Counted from the stretch's first letter, positions 7,634 through 17,704 are shown. The stretch: DNA of 64,000 bases from an uncultured Aquificales bacterium (GCA_964411615.1 CAYPLO010000001.1:7508-71507); one strand, 5' to 3'. The notes: generated from the letters alone by a model not told the origin. Translations and numbers: made by a program.

Positions 7634-8832
7634 GAAGGTCTCTGGTCTTCTTTATAGTCTCGTTTCTGGCGTTGAAGCTGGCCTTTGCCCGTATATACAT
7701 AGATGTGACGAAGCCCGCCTCCTCTCGTATTGGAGTGGCGCTGAAGGTGTCGGGCTACCCTCTGCCTGAGTTTGAGAGGGTGCTTAAGAGCGATTTGACC
7801 GTTTACGGGATATTTGCGGTGTATCCCTTGTCTCGGTTCTCCCTCTCCCTTGAGGAGCTGAGGCTCATAGGGGCAGACCTACTGCTGGATGTGGACGTGT
7901 CCGCCCTGGGCAACAGGGCGAAGGTGGCCTTCTCCATAAAGGATATCACCGACGGGACCCAGGTGGACTCTGGGATACTGGATGTATCCGTGATGGACCA
8001 GGTGGGAGCGGCTCATACAGTGGCCAATAGACTCTACAGGGTGGTTACGGGCAACAACGGTATGTTTGGACGCTACGCTGTTGCCTTCAGGAAGGTTATA
8101 GGGGGTTACGAGCTTGTCCTTGTGGATGTGGGGGCCCTCAGGTACAAGGTGCTGGCCTTCTTCAAGGAACCTGCCCAGTCTCCCTCTCTCTCTCCCGATG
8201 GCAGGCTCATAGCCTTTTCCAAGATGAACAGCAGCCACAACTTTGATATATACATCTACGACCTGGCCAACGGAACCTACAGACCGGTCTGCAGAACCCC
8301 GTGTCCCGATACTGCTCCGCAGTGGATGCCCGATGGGAGGCATCTGGTCTTTTCGGGATGTGTTAAACCCAACAATCCCGATATACTTGTGTGCGATGTT
8401 GAAACGGGTAAAGTTGTTAAGAGGCTTACCAGGAGCATAGCCATAGACACATCTCCTGCTGTCTCCCCCGATGGTAAGAGGATAGCCTTCGTCTCCAACA
8501 GGGAGGGAGCTCCCCATATATACGTTAAGGACCTGGAGACGGGAGAGGTATACAGGATAACCCGTGGTAGATACGATGTTTCTCCTGACTGGTCTCCCAA
8601 GGGGGACAGCATAGCCTTCTCCTCAACAATGGAGATGGGCACCATGGTGGGTGTGTACTACCTGGGTTCTGGTTCTGTAAGGTACCTTTTCTCAGGGGAG
8701 GACCCTGCCTGGTCCCCCAACGGGGATTACCTTTTGTATACCAGGGGGTCAGGATTGTATATCTCTTCGGCTTATGGTAGTGGAGAGATGAGACTGTTCG
8801 TTGGGAAATGGATAAATCCCTCCTGGAGGTGA
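7630..8832 (+). CDS. tolB: Tol-Pal system beta-propeller protein TolB
   Basis: ATGA overlap with tolA. Signal peptide present. Repeated SPDG/WSPxG propeller motifs (SLSPDGRLIAFS, AVSPDGKRIAFVSNREG, DWSPKGDSIAFSS, AWSPNGDYLLY). Confidence 0.88.
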   Translation: MRRSLVFFIVSFLALKLAFARIYIDVTKPASSRIGVALKVSGYPLPEFERVLKSDLTVYGIFAVYPLSRFSLSLEELRLIGADLLLDVDVSALGNRAKVAFSIKDITDGTQVDSGILDVSVMDQVGAAHTVANRLYRVVTGNNGMFGRYAVAFRKVIGGYELVLVDVGALRYKVLAFFKEPAQSPSLSPDGRLIAFSKMNSSHNFDIYIYDLANGTYRPVCRTPCPDTAPQWMPDGRHLVFSGCVKPNNPDILVCDVETGKVVKRLTRSIAIDTSPAVSPDGKRIAFVSNREGAPHIYVKDLETGEVYRITRGRYDVSPDWSPKGDSIAFSSTMEMGTMVGVYYLGSGSVRYLFSGEDPAWSPNGDYLLYTRGSGLYISSAYGSGEMRLFVGKWINPSWR

Positions 8833-8835
8833 GGC

Positions 8836-9417
8836 ATGAAGAGGTTTATCTGTTTTGCATTTGCGCTGGCTCTGATAGGGGCCGTGGGCTGTGCCAAGTC
8901 TCCCAAGGCTACTGAGACGGCACCCAAGGCACCGCCTCAGAAGAAGGAGGCTGTGAGCAAGGCCGCTCCTGCCGCTGAGGCCACAGGGGGTGTGGCTGTT
9001 AAAGAGAAGGCCGTAGAGCAGAAGCCCTCTGCGGCTGCAGGTATGGAGGAGCAGAAGGTATGCGAGCTTAAGGAGTTTCCCAACATCCACTTTGCCTTTG
9101 ACAGGTACGACCTGAACGATGAGGCCAAGAGGATACTCACACAGATAGCCGATTACATGAAACAGTGTCCCGACCTGATTCTCACCATTGAGGGCCACTG
9201 CGATGAGAGGGGCTCCAACGAGTACAACCTGGCCCTTGGATGGAAGAGGGCTAATGAGGCCAAGAGGTTCCTGGTGGCTCTGGGGGTTGACCCCAACAGG
9301 ATAATAACTGTGAGCTACGGTGAGGAGAGGCCCCTATGCTTTGAGCACAACGAGGCCTGCTGGGCCAAGAACAGGAGGGACCACTTCGTCTTCTGCAGGG
9401 GGGAGTGCCTTAGGTAG
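8836..9417 (+). CDS. pal: peptidoglycan-associated lipoprotein Pal (OmpA-like domain)
   Basis: Lipobox LIGAVGC. OmpA-like domain FAFDRYDLNDEAKRIL...IEGHCDERGSNEYNLALGWKRANEAKRFLVALGV. Confidence 0.9.
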   Translation: MKRFICFAFALALIGAVGCAKSPKATETAPKAPPQKKEAVSKAAPAAEATGGVAVKEKAVEQKPSAAAGMEEQKVCELKEFPNIHFAFDRYDLNDEAKRILTQIADYMKQCPDLILTIEGHCDERGSNEYNLALGWKRANEAKRFLVALGVDPNRIITVSYGEERPLCFEHNEACWAKNRRDHFVFCRGECLR

Positions 9418-9428
9418 GGGAGGCTTCT

Positions 9429-10196
9429 ATGCTTAGGTGGCTGTTGCTTCTCGCTTTGGTTACTGTTGTGGCCTGCGTTCCCCAGGAGCAGGAGAGCCGT
9501 TTTGCCCTCATAAACGACAGGCTGGACTCCATTGAGAGGAAGCTTGAATCCTTGGAGCTTCGGGTCTCAAAGCTTGAGAAGCAGGTGAATGTCTCAAGCA
9601 CCAAGGAGGCGGAATCCATCTACAACTACGTGAAGAGCCTTGAGAGTGAGATATACAGCCTCAGGGGGGATTTGGACAGCACCAACCAGAACCTGCTCTC
9701 CCTGCAGAGGAAGGTGGAGGACCTGGAGTTCCAGATAGTAAACCTCAGCAGGAAGGTTGTGGCCGTTGCACCTGCCGAGGAGGCTCAGGGGGCCAACGCC
9801 ACCGCCCAGGCTCCCCCTGTTGAGACCCCTGAGGTTCTTTACGCTAAGGCATTGGACCTGTTCAAGTCCGGTGACTACGAGAAGGCTAAGGAGGCCTTTG
9901 AGGAGTTTCTGAAGAAGTATCCCGACCACAGGCTCGCCTCCAACGCCTTCTACTGGATAGGTGAGGCCTACTACGGGCTTGGAAGATATAAGGACGCTAT
10001 ACTGCAGTTTGAGGACCTGAGGAGGAAGTATCCCGATAGCTCCAAGATTCCCGCTTCCATGCTCAAGGAGGCAAAGGCCTTCTTGCAGCTTAAGGATAAA
10101 CCGAGTGCAAGGATAATACTGAAGCAGCTTATTCGCCTTTATCCCAAGTCCAGGGAGGCTTCTCTGGCTAAGGATATGCTTAAAAAACTTAGATGA
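9429..10196 (+). CDS. ybgF: Tol-Pal system protein YbgF/CpoB (coiled coil + TPR)
   Basis: Signal peptide, N-terminal coiled coil, C-terminal TPR-like repeats (YAKALDLFKSGDYEKAKEAFEEFLKKYPDHRLASNAFYWIGEAYY...). Position after pal. Confidence 0.8.
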   Translation: MLRWLLLLALVTVVACVPQEQESRFALINDRLDSIERKLESLELRVSKLEKQVNVSSTKEAESIYNYVKSLESEIYSLRGDLDSTNQNLLSLQRKVEDLEFQIVNLSRKVVAVAPAEEAQGANATAQAPPVETPEVLYAKALDLFKSGDYEKAKEAFEEFLKKYPDHRLASNAFYWIGEAYYGLGRYKDAILQFEDLRRKYPDSSKIPASMLKEAKAFLQLKDKPSARIILKQLIRLYPKSREASLAKDMLKKLR

Positions 10197-11515
10197 AGCG
10201 GGCCATAGACTCCTTTGTCCAGCTGCTTGCCGAGTTTACCGAGGCTCAGAGTGTTGTTCTCTACAGGGAGGAGGGGGGAGTCTTCTCTCCCCTGTCCTAC
10301 TTCAGTCTGGCCAAGGACCTTGTCCTGGACCCCTTCTACGAGGACGATGACAACATAGTGGCGGAGGTTGTGAGAAAGTGGGAGCCACTCATCACCAACG
10401 ACAGGGCCCTTTTTGAGGATATGGGGTTGCCCTACTACGAGACCACAGTTCCCAAGGTGTTTATGGCCATCCCCTTCAAGCTTGGCGGAAGTAGGGCGGT
10501 TCTTTGCTTGGACTCCCTCTCCTTAGGGGCCTTTCCCGATAGACACCAGAGGATAGTCAGGCAGTCCTTGGAGCTTTTCAGGGCCATAGATGCCCTTGCC
10601 GCAAGGGTTGCCATGTCCTCTGTTCCTGAGGCCAAATTGCGGTTTCTCCTTTACGCCCTCAAGCTTTTTACCACCCTCCCCCTTGAGGATGCCTTTGATG
10701 AATGGTGCAGATTTTTAGGGGTTGAGTTTGGAGGGTTCTTCGTGTGGAGGGATGGAGAGCCAAGGCTTGAGCTCTTATACAAAGGGGATGACTTTCCCCT
10801 TGAGGACCCAAAACCCCATATCCCTGCCAGAAGTGCCGTAAGGATAGCTGTGGATAAGGAGGATGTGTACTGTTTCTGTGAGGACAGGGCCCGTATATTT
10901 GACGGATACGAGGCCTATGCTGTTCTTGTTCCTGTGAGGCTTGATGGGTTGAAGGGGCTTCTTGTTCTAACCTCCCAGGACTCTCAGCATTTTAACCAGC
11001 AGGTTACCGATATCTTTGAGGCGGCGGCCAGGGTGGTGTCTGTGGTCTGGGCAAAACAGAGGGATAGAGGGACTGATAACAGGACCCTTGTGGAGCCCCT
11101 TGAGGTTGAGAACAAGCTCAGGATACTGGTTGCCAGGGCCCAGAAGGAGGGGGCTTGTGTCGGTGTTATACTCTTTATCGTCAGGTCCATAGATAAGGAG
11201 TATGCCAAGAAGGGATTCTGGAAGGTTGAGGAGAGGATGAAGAAGCTCGCCGTAAGGTGCAGTGCTCTCAATCCTCCTCCTGAATTCGTCTCAAGGCTTT
11301 CAGATAACGTGATTATGCTTGCAGGCGTGTTCGGGTCTGCCAAGGATGCACAGGACTACAGGGTCTCCTTCAATACCGCAACTGCCGATGCTGTAGATTT
11401 CAAGGAGTGCTCTTCGGACCTGCTCCTATATCCCGTTGACGCAGACTCGGTTAATGAGTTACTATCCCTCATCTCCGATAAGGTGGTTAAATCCCGTAAG
11501 AGAGGCATCTTTTAG
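10193..11515 (+). CDS. cytoplasmic regulatory-type protein: probable tandem GAF-like regions plus a degenerate GGDEF-like C-terminal domain
   Basis: ATGA overlap with the ybgF stop. No TM segment or signal peptide. The C-terminal segment VGVILFIVRSIDKEYAKKGFWKVEERMKKLAVRC...FVSRLSDNVIMLAGVF follows the GGDEF-domain pattern (DxDxFKxxND...RxGGDEF) but RLSDNV replaces the catalytic GGDEF. The domain call is from pattern memory only. Confidence 0.45.
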   Translation: MKRAIDSFVQLLAEFTEAQSVVLYREEGGVFSPLSYFSLAKDLVLDPFYEDDDNIVAEVVRKWEPLITNDRALFEDMGLPYYETTVPKVFMAIPFKLGGSRAVLCLDSLSLGAFPDRHQRIVRQSLELFRAIDALAARVAMSSVPEAKLRFLLYALKLFTTLPLEDAFDEWCRFLGVEFGGFFVWRDGEPRLELLYKGDDFPLEDPKPHIPARSAVRIAVDKEDVYCFCEDRARIFDGYEAYAVLVPVRLDGLKGLLVLTSQDSQHFNQQVTDIFEAAARVVSVVWAKQRDRGTDNRTLVEPLEVENKLRILVARAQKEGACVGVILFIVRSIDKEYAKKGFWKVEERMKKLAVRCSALNPPPEFVSRLSDNVIMLAGVFGSAKDAQDYRVSFNTATADAVDFKECSSDLLLYPVDADSVNELLSLISDKVVKSRKRGIF

Positions 11516-11527
11516 GAGGTGTGAGGC

Positions 11528-12574
11528 TTGTCCCTGCTTAAGAGAGTGGCGGACCTTCTCGGTCCCATATCCAGGTTCCTGGGGACCGATGTGGCTGTGG
11601 ACTTGGGCACCGCAAACACCCTCATATACGTGAGGGGGGAGGGTATCCTCCTGAACGAGCCCTCCTTTGTGGCCATTGATAAGGAGACGGGGCAGATACA
11701 GGCCATAGGGAGGGAGGCCAAGAACATGTGGGGCAGGGGCCCCCAGAGGATAGAGGTGGTGAGGCCCATAAACGACGGTGTTGTTGACAACTACGATGCG
11801 GCCCTTCTTATGCTGAGGGAGTTCCTCTCCCGGGTCTCTGGCAGAATAAGGCTGGTGAAGTACAGGATGGTTATCTGTGTCCCCTCCCGTATAACCCAGG
11901 TGGAGAAGAAGGCGGTGATAGAGCTGGGTATGGAGTGTGGGGCCAGGGAGGTTTTCCTCTTAGATGAGCCCATGGCCGCCGCCATAGGGTGTGAGCTTCC
12001 CGTGAATGAGCCTACAGGATGCATGGTGGTGGACATAGGGGGGGGCACCACCGATGTGGCCATCATCTCCATGGGGGGTATAGCCTACAAGGACTCTATA
12101 AGGGTGGCCGGATACGAGATGGACGAGGCCATAAGGAACCACGTTAGGGATAAGTACCATATGAGGATAGGGCTTCTGGAGGCGGAGAGGGTTAAGATAG
12201 AGGTGGGCTCCGCCGTTGCGGGGGAGAGGAGAAGCGTGGTGGTTACGGGAACGGACTTGGCCAAGGCCACCCCCAAGCAGATAGAGCTCACATCCGATGA
12301 GGTGAGGGAGGCCATAGCGGAGCCTCTTAACGCCATTGTTGATGTGGTGAGGAGGGTGCTGGACGAGGCGTCTCCAGAGCTTGTCTCCGACATAGCCAAC
12401 ACCGGGATAGTTCTCACCGGCGGGGGCTCTCTCCTCAGCGGTCTTGATAGGCTCATGGAGCAGAAGCTCATGGTGAAGGTTAACCGTGCCCCTGAGCCTC
12501 TGCTGAGCGTCGTGATGGGGGCGGGTAAGGCTCTGGAGCATTTTGAGGAGTTTGAGAGGGCCTTCATAGCCTGA
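11528..12574 (+). CDS. mreB: rod shape-determining protein MreB
   Basis: TTG start 7 nt after AGGAGGTG. Motifs DLGTANTLIYV, MVVDIGGGTTDVAIISMGGI and GIVLTGGGSLLSGLD. 348 aa. Confidence 0.93.
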   Translation: MSLLKRVADLLGPISRFLGTDVAVDLGTANTLIYVRGEGILLNEPSFVAIDKETGQIQAIGREAKNMWGRGPQRIEVVRPINDGVVDNYDAALLMLREFLSRVSGRIRLVKYRMVICVPSRITQVEKKAVIELGMECGAREVFLLDEPMAAAIGCELPVNEPTGCMVVDIGGGTTDVAIISMGGIAYKDSIRVAGYEMDEAIRNHVRDKYHMRIGLLEAERVKIEVGSAVAGERRSVVVTGTDLAKATPKQIELTSDEVREAIAEPLNAIVDVVRRVLDEASPELVSDIANTGIVLTGGGSLLSGLDRLMEQKLMVKVNRAPEPLLSVVMGAGKALEHFEEFERAFIA

Positions 12575-12602
12575 TACGGACTTCCGTTATCCGTTAGTGC
12601 CC

Positions 12603-12630
12603 TTGAACACCTGCCCTTTAGGTGTATACT
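12603..12630 (+). promoter_or_regulatory. candidate sigma70-type promoter of the rimP-nusA-infB operon (TTGAAC-N16-TATACT)
   Basis: TTGAAC at 12603-12608 and TATACT at 12625-12630, about 45 nt upstream of the rimP ATG at 12676. Confidence 0.45.
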
Positions 12631-12675
12631 AAGGACTGTTTAAAGCCTCTTACGTTGCAAGGGGTGTATGCTGTG

Positions 12676-13134
12676 ATGACTAAAGAGGAGATAGAGAGGC
12701 GTGTTGAGGAGCTGCTTGAGCCCATTTTGAGGATGCTGGGCTTGTCCCTTTACGATGTGGAGTGGGCCTCCTCAGGCAGGCATAACTACCTGAGGATTTA
12801 CATAGATAAGCCCGGTGGTGTCACCATAGGGGACTGTCAGAGGGTGAGCGAGGAGATAGGGGATATTCTTGATGTGGAGGACTTCATACACGTGAGGTAC
12901 TACCTTGAGGTCTCCTCCCCCGGACTCACCAGGGAGCTCAAGAAGCCGAGACACTACATGAAGAGCATAGGCGAGAGGGCTAAGGTCTATCTGAAGGAGG
13001 AGATGCTGGGTAGGCTGGAGTGGGAGGGGACCATTACCGATGCCGATGAGGATGGGTTTGTGCTTCTCGTGGACGGTGAGGAGCACTGGATACCATACGA
13101 GGCGGTGGCAAAGACAAAGCTGGTCTTAGTATAG
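12676..13134 (+). CDS. rimP: ribosome maturation factor RimP
   Basis: ORF 12622..13134 trimmed to ATG 12676, because the longer start lies inside the predicted promoter. Motifs LYDVEW...LRIYIDKPGGVTIGDCQRVSEEI and LEVSSPGLTRELK. Position before nusA. Confidence 0.85.
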   Translation: MTKEEIERRVEELLEPILRMLGLSLYDVEWASSGRHNYLRIYIDKPGGVTIGDCQRVSEEIGDILDVEDFIHVRYYLEVSSPGLTRELKKPRHYMKSIGERAKVYLKEEMLGRLEWEGTITDADEDGFVLLVDGEEHWIPYEAVAKTKLVLV

Positions 13135-13143
13135 GAGGTCTTT

Positions 13144-14214
13144 ATGAAGGGCAAGGAGCTTCTCTACACCATAGAGCTTATAGAGAACGAGAAGGGGATA
13201 CCCAAGGACAGGATAATAAGGCTGCTGGAGGAGTCCATAGAGAGTGCCATAAGCAGGCGCCTCCTTGACGGTATGGAGATAGAGGTGAAGCTGGACCTGG
13301 AGACGGGGGAGTTCAGTGCCTATCAGCTCAAAAGGGTGGTGGAGGACGGGGTTGAGTACGACCCATCCAAGGAGATACCCCTCAGCGAGGCTAAGAAGGT
13401 GGATAGAGAGGCGGAGGTGGGCAGTGTTCTGAAGTTGCCCTTCGCCGTTGACGGCATGGGCAGGATAGCGGCAAGGGCCACCATGAACGTGCTGAGCCAG
13501 AGGCTGGACCAGCTTGAGAAGGACGTGGTCTTCTCCACCTTCAAGGAGAAGGAGGGGGATATCGTTCAGGGCACCGTTCTGCGGGAGGAGAGGGGCAATG
13601 TGATAGTTGACCTTATGGGGAGGGCCGAGGGGATACTCCCCCCCCGGGAGCAGGTCAGAAGCGAGAGGTACAGAAAGGGAGACACCATGAAGTTCTACGT
13701 CCTTGAGGTGAAGAGGGGGAGGGGAGGTGAGCCCAGGATAATCCTTTCAAGAACCCATCCCAGGCTGGTCCAGAGGCTCTTTGAGAAGGAGATGCCCGAG
13801 GTTGTGGCGGGCCTTGTTAGCGTCATGGCCGTTGCCAGGGACCCGGGGGACAGGGCCAAGGTGGCCGTTAAGGCTAACGACCCCGATGTGGACCCTGTGG
13901 GCGCCTGCATAGGCGTGAGGGGAGCCAGGATACAGAGCATAGTGAGGGAGCTCAGGGGGGAGAATATAGATGTGATTCTCTACTCCGACGACCCCGAGGA
14001 GTTCATAGCCAACGCTCTAAAGCCTGCGAAGGTGAGGAAGATTCTCCTCAACCAGGAGGAGAAGGAGGCCAAGGTTATAGTGGACGATGAGCAGTTCTCC
14101 TTGGCTCTGGGCAAGAGGGGGCAGAATGTGAGGCTGGCTGCAAAGCTCACCGGTTGGAAGATAGATATAAAGACGGTGAGCGAGTATGGAGGTCTGCCGG
14201 AAGAGGGTGAGTGA
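13144..14214 (+). CDS. nusA: transcription termination/antitermination factor NusA
   Basis: TAGGAGG SD upstream. N-terminal domain, S1 (GDIVQGTVLREERGNVIVDL) and two KH domains (DPVGACIGVRGARIQSIVREL, LALGKRGQNVRLAAKLTGWKIDI). Confidence 0.93.
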   Translation: MKGKELLYTIELIENEKGIPKDRIIRLLEESIESAISRRLLDGMEIEVKLDLETGEFSAYQLKRVVEDGVEYDPSKEIPLSEAKKVDREAEVGSVLKLPFAVDGMGRIAARATMNVLSQRLDQLEKDVVFSTFKEKEGDIVQGTVLREERGNVIVDLMGRAEGILPPREQVRSERYRKGDTMKFYVLEVKRGRGGEPRIILSRTHPRLVQRLFEKEMPEVVAGLVSVMAVARDPGDRAKVAVKANDPDVDPVGACIGVRGARIQSIVRELRGENIDVILYSDDPEEFIANALKPAKVRKILLNQEEKEAKVIVDDEQFSLALGKRGQNVRLAAKLTGWKIDIKTVSEYGGLPEEGE

Positions 14215-14767
14215 GCCTGTAAGGATGTGTATCGGCTGCAGGGCCAGGAGGAGCAAGTGGGAGCTTTTGAGGTTCGTTGAGAGGGATGGGAGGTTGTTCT
14301 TTGACCCCCTGTACAGGGCTCCCGGCAGGGGTGTCAGTATATGTCCTTCCCTGAAGTGCTTTGAGAGGGGACTGAAGAGGAAGGTGCTTGAAAAGGCCCT
14401 CAGGTGCACCCTTAGGGAGCTTCCCAACCCGGACGCCTTAAGGAGAGAGGTCCTAAGGACCCTTGAGGAACTTGTGGCAGACTCCCTGCGTATGGGTTTG
14501 AAGTTTAAGGGAGTTGTTCTCGGAAGGGATGCGGTCCGTTCGTCAAGGGGAAGACTTAGTCTGCTGGTCCTTGCAGAGGACCTGTCCGAGAATTCTATCA
14601 GGGAGCTGGAGGACCTGGAGGTTGAGCGGGTCTTCTTCGGTTCCAAGGAGTTCTGGGGAGAGGTCTTCTCCAGAAGGCCTCTGGGGGTGATAGGGATTCT
14701 TGATAAGGGTATAGCGGATAAAGTAAAGGGCTTTGTGCAAAAGTACAGGGAGTTGAGGGGGGATTAG
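14186..14767 (+). CDS. YlxR (DUF448) fused to an L7Ae/YlxQ-like RNA-binding domain
   Basis: N-terminal half RMCIGCRARRSKWELLRFV...APGRGVSICPS is the YlxR signature. C-terminal half GLKFKGVVLGRDAVRSSRGRLSLLVLAEDLSENS...PLGVIGILDKGIA is L7Ae/YlxQ-like. Single uninterrupted frame. Start uncertain (14186, GTG 14207 or ATG 14225). Confidence 0.7.
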   Translation: MEVCRKRVSEPVRMCIGCRARRSKWELLRFVERDGRLFFDPLYRAPGRGVSICPSLKCFERGLKRKVLEKALRCTLRELPNPDALRREVLRTLEELVADSLRMGLKFKGVVLGRDAVRSSRGRLSLLVLAEDLSENSIRELEDLEVERVFFGSKEFWGEVFSRRPLGVIGILDKGIADKVKGFVQKYRELRGD

Positions 14768-14771
14768 GTAG

Positions 14772-17060
14772 ATGGCGAGCAAACACAGGATAAGGGTTCA
14801 TCAGATAGCCAAGGAGATGGGGATATCCAGCAGTGAGGTTATATCTGGTCTCAAGGAGATAGGTATAACGGCAAAAAGCCACATGAGCTCCATAACCCAG
14901 GACGAGTACGACAGGTTTATAGAGTACATGAGTGTTAAGAGGGAGATAGAGAGGCGGCGCAAGGAGAAGGAGCATAAAGAAAAGGAATCTCCCCCTGAGC
15001 CTCCTAAGGAGGTGAAGGAGGAGCCTCAGGTTGCTGAGAAGGAGAAGAGGCAGCCCCCTGCTGAGAAGCCTCCTGCCAAGAGACCGAAGAAGGTCAAAAG
15101 GGAGAAGAAGGCTTCTGAAGAGGTTATAGCCGATAAGGTGCAGGAGGTGGTGAAGAAGTTTGAGAAGAAGGAAGAGGAGAGTGCCCCTTCAACCGTTGAG
15201 CCCATATACGTTCCTGTGAGAACCAGAAGGCCTAAGAGGCGCAAGAAGAAGCGCAGGGAGGAGCTTGATATAGAGGAGCTCAGGGCACAGGAGCTTAAGT
15301 CCAGGGTAGACTTTGATGCGGGAACTGTGAGGCTTCCTGAGTCGGTGACCCTTAAGGAGCTCGCCTTTATGCTTGAGGAGGACGAGGAGGAGATAAAGGA
15401 GCTTCTCAAGTCCAAGGGCATCCCTGTCTCTCTCGCCCAGGTGCTTCCCTATGATGTTGCCAGGATGGTCTGCGAGGAGTTCGGTTTTGAGGTGCTTCCC
15501 GAGGAGGAGGCCGCGGCTCCCAAAGAGGAGGCTGAGGAAGAGGAGAATCTGGTTCCCAGGCCCCCTGTGGTCACGGTTATGGGCCATGTGGACCACGGGA
15601 AGACAACCCTTCTGGACTATATCCGCAAGACCAACGTGGCGGCAAGGGAAGCCGGCGGTATAACCCAGCACATAGGCGCCTACAAGGTGAGGCTTCCTGA
15701 TGGCCATGAGATAACCTTCATAGATACCCCAGGCCATCACGCCTTCACCACCATGAGGGCCAGGGGAGCTCAGGTGACCGATATAGTGATTCTCGTGGTG
15801 GCCGCAGACGATGGTGTCATGCCCCAGACCGTGGAGGCCATAAACCACGCCAAGGCTGCAGGCGTTCCCATAGTGGTTGCCATAAACAAGATAGACAAAC
15901 CCGAGGCCAACCCTGAAAGGGTGAAGCAGGAGCTGGCCAAGCACGGGCTCATCCCTGAGGAGTGGGGTGGAGAGACCATTATGGTTCCCATCTCCGCCAA
16001 GACGGGACAGGGGGTTGACGAGCTTCTGGAGATGGTGGTTCTCCAGGCGGAGATGCTGGAGCTCAAGGCCAACCCCGACAAGCCGGCAAGGGGGACGGTC
16101 CTTGAGTCAAAGCTGGACCCCAAGAGGGGGCCCGTTGCCACCTTGCTCGTTCAGGAGGGGACCTTAAGGCAGGGGGATGCCCTTGTTGCAGGTCTGCACT
16201 GGGGCAAGGTGAGGGCCATGGTGAACGAGTACGGACAGAGGCTCAAGGAGGCGGGTCCCTCCACCCCTGTGGAGGTTCTGGGACTCTCGGATGTGCCCCT
16301 TCCCGGTGAGCCCTTCTTCGTTGTGGAGAACGAGAAGGTGGCAAGGCAGATAAGCGAGGAGAGGAAGGAGAAGGCCAAGGAGGCCCTCCAGGAGAAGCCC
16401 AGGCTATCCTTGGAAGAGCTCATGAAGAGGCTTGCCGAGGGAGAGGCCAAGGAGCTGAGGATAGTTCTTAAGGCGGATGTGCAGGGCTCCCTTGAGGCGG
16501 TGAAGGAGTCCATTGAGAAGCTTTCCACAGATGAAGTGAAGCCGGTGATTATCCACTCCGGTGTGGGGGCCATAACCGAGACGGACGTGATGCTCGCCCA
16601 GGCTTCCGGTGCCATAATCATTGGCTTCAACGTGAGGCCGGATAGCAAGGCCAAGAGGGTGGCTGAGCAGGAGAAGGTGGAGATAAGGACCTACAGGGTG
16701 ATATACGACCTGCTGGACGATGTGAAGAAGGCCCTTGCCGGTATGCTTGAGCCCGAGTACGAGGAGGTGGTTCTGGGCAGGGCTGAGGTGAGGCAGGTCT
16801 TTAACGTTCCCAAGGTGGGGAAGGTTGCTGGATGCTATGTCCTTGAGGGGAAGGTGGCAAGAAACGCCAGCATAAGGGTGATAAGGGACGGTGTTATAAT
16901 CCATGAGGGCAGGCTCTCATCCCTCAAGAGGTTCAAGGACGATGTGAGGGAGGTGGCTGCGGGCTACGAGTGCGGAATGGCCATTGACGGTTTCCAGGAT
17001 ATAAAGGAGGGGGATATCATAGAGGCCTACGAGGTCCGTGAGGTTAAGAGGGAGCTTTAA
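14772..17060 (+). CDS. infB: translation initiation factor IF-2
   Basis: K/E-rich N-terminal region. GTPase motifs [21 protein letters not shown] and NKID. C-terminal domains present. 762 aa. Confidence 0.95.
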   Translation: MASKHRIRVHQIAKEMGISSSEVISGLKEIGITAKSHMSSITQDEYDRFIEYMSVKREIERRRKEKEHKEKESPPEPPKEVKEEPQVAEKEKRQPPAEKPPAKRPKKVKREKKASEEVIADKVQEVVKKFEKKEEESAPSTVEPIYVPVRTRRPKRRKKKRREELDIEELRAQELKSRVDFDAGTVRLPESVTLKELAFMLEEDEEEIKELLKSKGIPVSLAQVLPYDVARMVCEEFGFEVLPEEEAAAPKEEAEEEENLVPRPPVVTVMGHVDHGKTTLLDYIRKTNVAAREAGGITQHIGAYKVRLPDGHEITFIDTPGHHAFTTMRARGAQVTDIVILVVAADDGVMPQTVEAINHAKAAGVPIVVAINKIDKPEANPERVKQELAKHGLIPEEWGGETIMVPISAKTGQGVDELLEMVVLQAEMLELKANPDKPARGTVLESKLDPKRGPVATLLVQEGTLRQGDALVAGLHWGKVRAMVNEYGQRLKEAGPSTPVEVLGLSDVPLPGEPFFVVENEKVARQISEERKEKAKEALQEKPRLSLEELMKRLAEGEAKELRIVLKADVQGSLEAVKESIEKLSTDEVKPVIIHSGVGAITETDVMLAQASGAIIIGFNVRPDSKAKRVAEQEKVEIRTYRVIYDLLDDVKKALAGMLEPEYEEVVLGRAEVRQVFNVPKVGKVAGCYVLEGKVARNASIRVIRDGVIIHEGRLSSLKRFKDDVREVAAGYECGMAIDGFQDIKEGDIIEAYEVREVKREL

Positions 17061-17066
17061 GAGGCG

Positions 17067-17348
17067 GTGGTTATAGGAAGCCTCAGGATACTGGTTGAGA
17101 TACCTGGGAACAACAGTCTGAAGGGTAAGAGAAGGGTTATAAAGCCCCTGATGGAGCGTATAAAGCATAAGTATAACGTCTCCGTTGCTGAGGTGGACAA
17201 TCAGGATGTCCATAGACTGGCCACCATAGGTGTGGCCTATGTTACCAACGATTCCGCCATGGCCAGCAGGGTGCTGAACCAGATAGTGGATATGGTGGAC
17301 GATTCGGGAGAGGTTATGCTTCTGGACTACATGATAGAGATATTCTGA
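17067..17348 (+). CDS. DUF503 (YlxP-like) protein
   Basis: LRILVEIPGNNSLKGKRRVIKPLMERIKHKYNVSVAEVDNQD matches the DUF503 pattern. Conserved position between infB and rbfA. Confidence 0.7.
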   Translation: MVIGSLRILVEIPGNNSLKGKRRVIKPLMERIKHKYNVSVAEVDNQDVHRLATIGVAYVTNDSAMASRVLNQIVDMVDDSGEVMLLDYMIEIF

Positions 17349-17704
17349 TGAAGGGATACAGAAGAACCGACAGGCTCGCCGAGCTTATAAGGGAGGAGGT
17401 GGCGGAGATAATTCTTAAAGGTCAGGTTAAGGGGATGGATGTGGGGTTTCTCACCATAACCAGGGTGAGGGTGAGCGCCGACCTATCCTACGCAGATGTC
17501 TACTACAGCGTTCTGGGTGGTGACTGGGTCAGGGCCAGGCAGCAGCTTGAGGAGAACAGAGCGGCCATACAGGGCATCATGGGGAGGGACCTGCGCCTGA
17601 AGAGGCTTCCAAAGCTCAGGTTCTTTGAGGACAGGAGCTTGGAGCATGTGGAGCGCATAGAACAGCTTTTGAAGGAGATAAAAGGTGGAGAGGGTGATAG
17701 CTGA
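17348..17704 (+). CDS. rbfA: ribosome-binding factor A
   Basis: TGATG stop/start overlap. RTDRLAELIREEVAEII...ITRVRVSADLSYADVYYSVLG is the RbfA KH-like signature. 118 aa. Confidence 0.9.
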   Translation: MKGYRRTDRLAELIREEVAEIILKGQVKGMDVGFLTITRVRVSADLSYADVYYSVLGGDWVRARQQLEENRAAIQGIMGRDLRLKRLPKLRFFEDRSLEHVERIEQLLKEIKGGEGDS

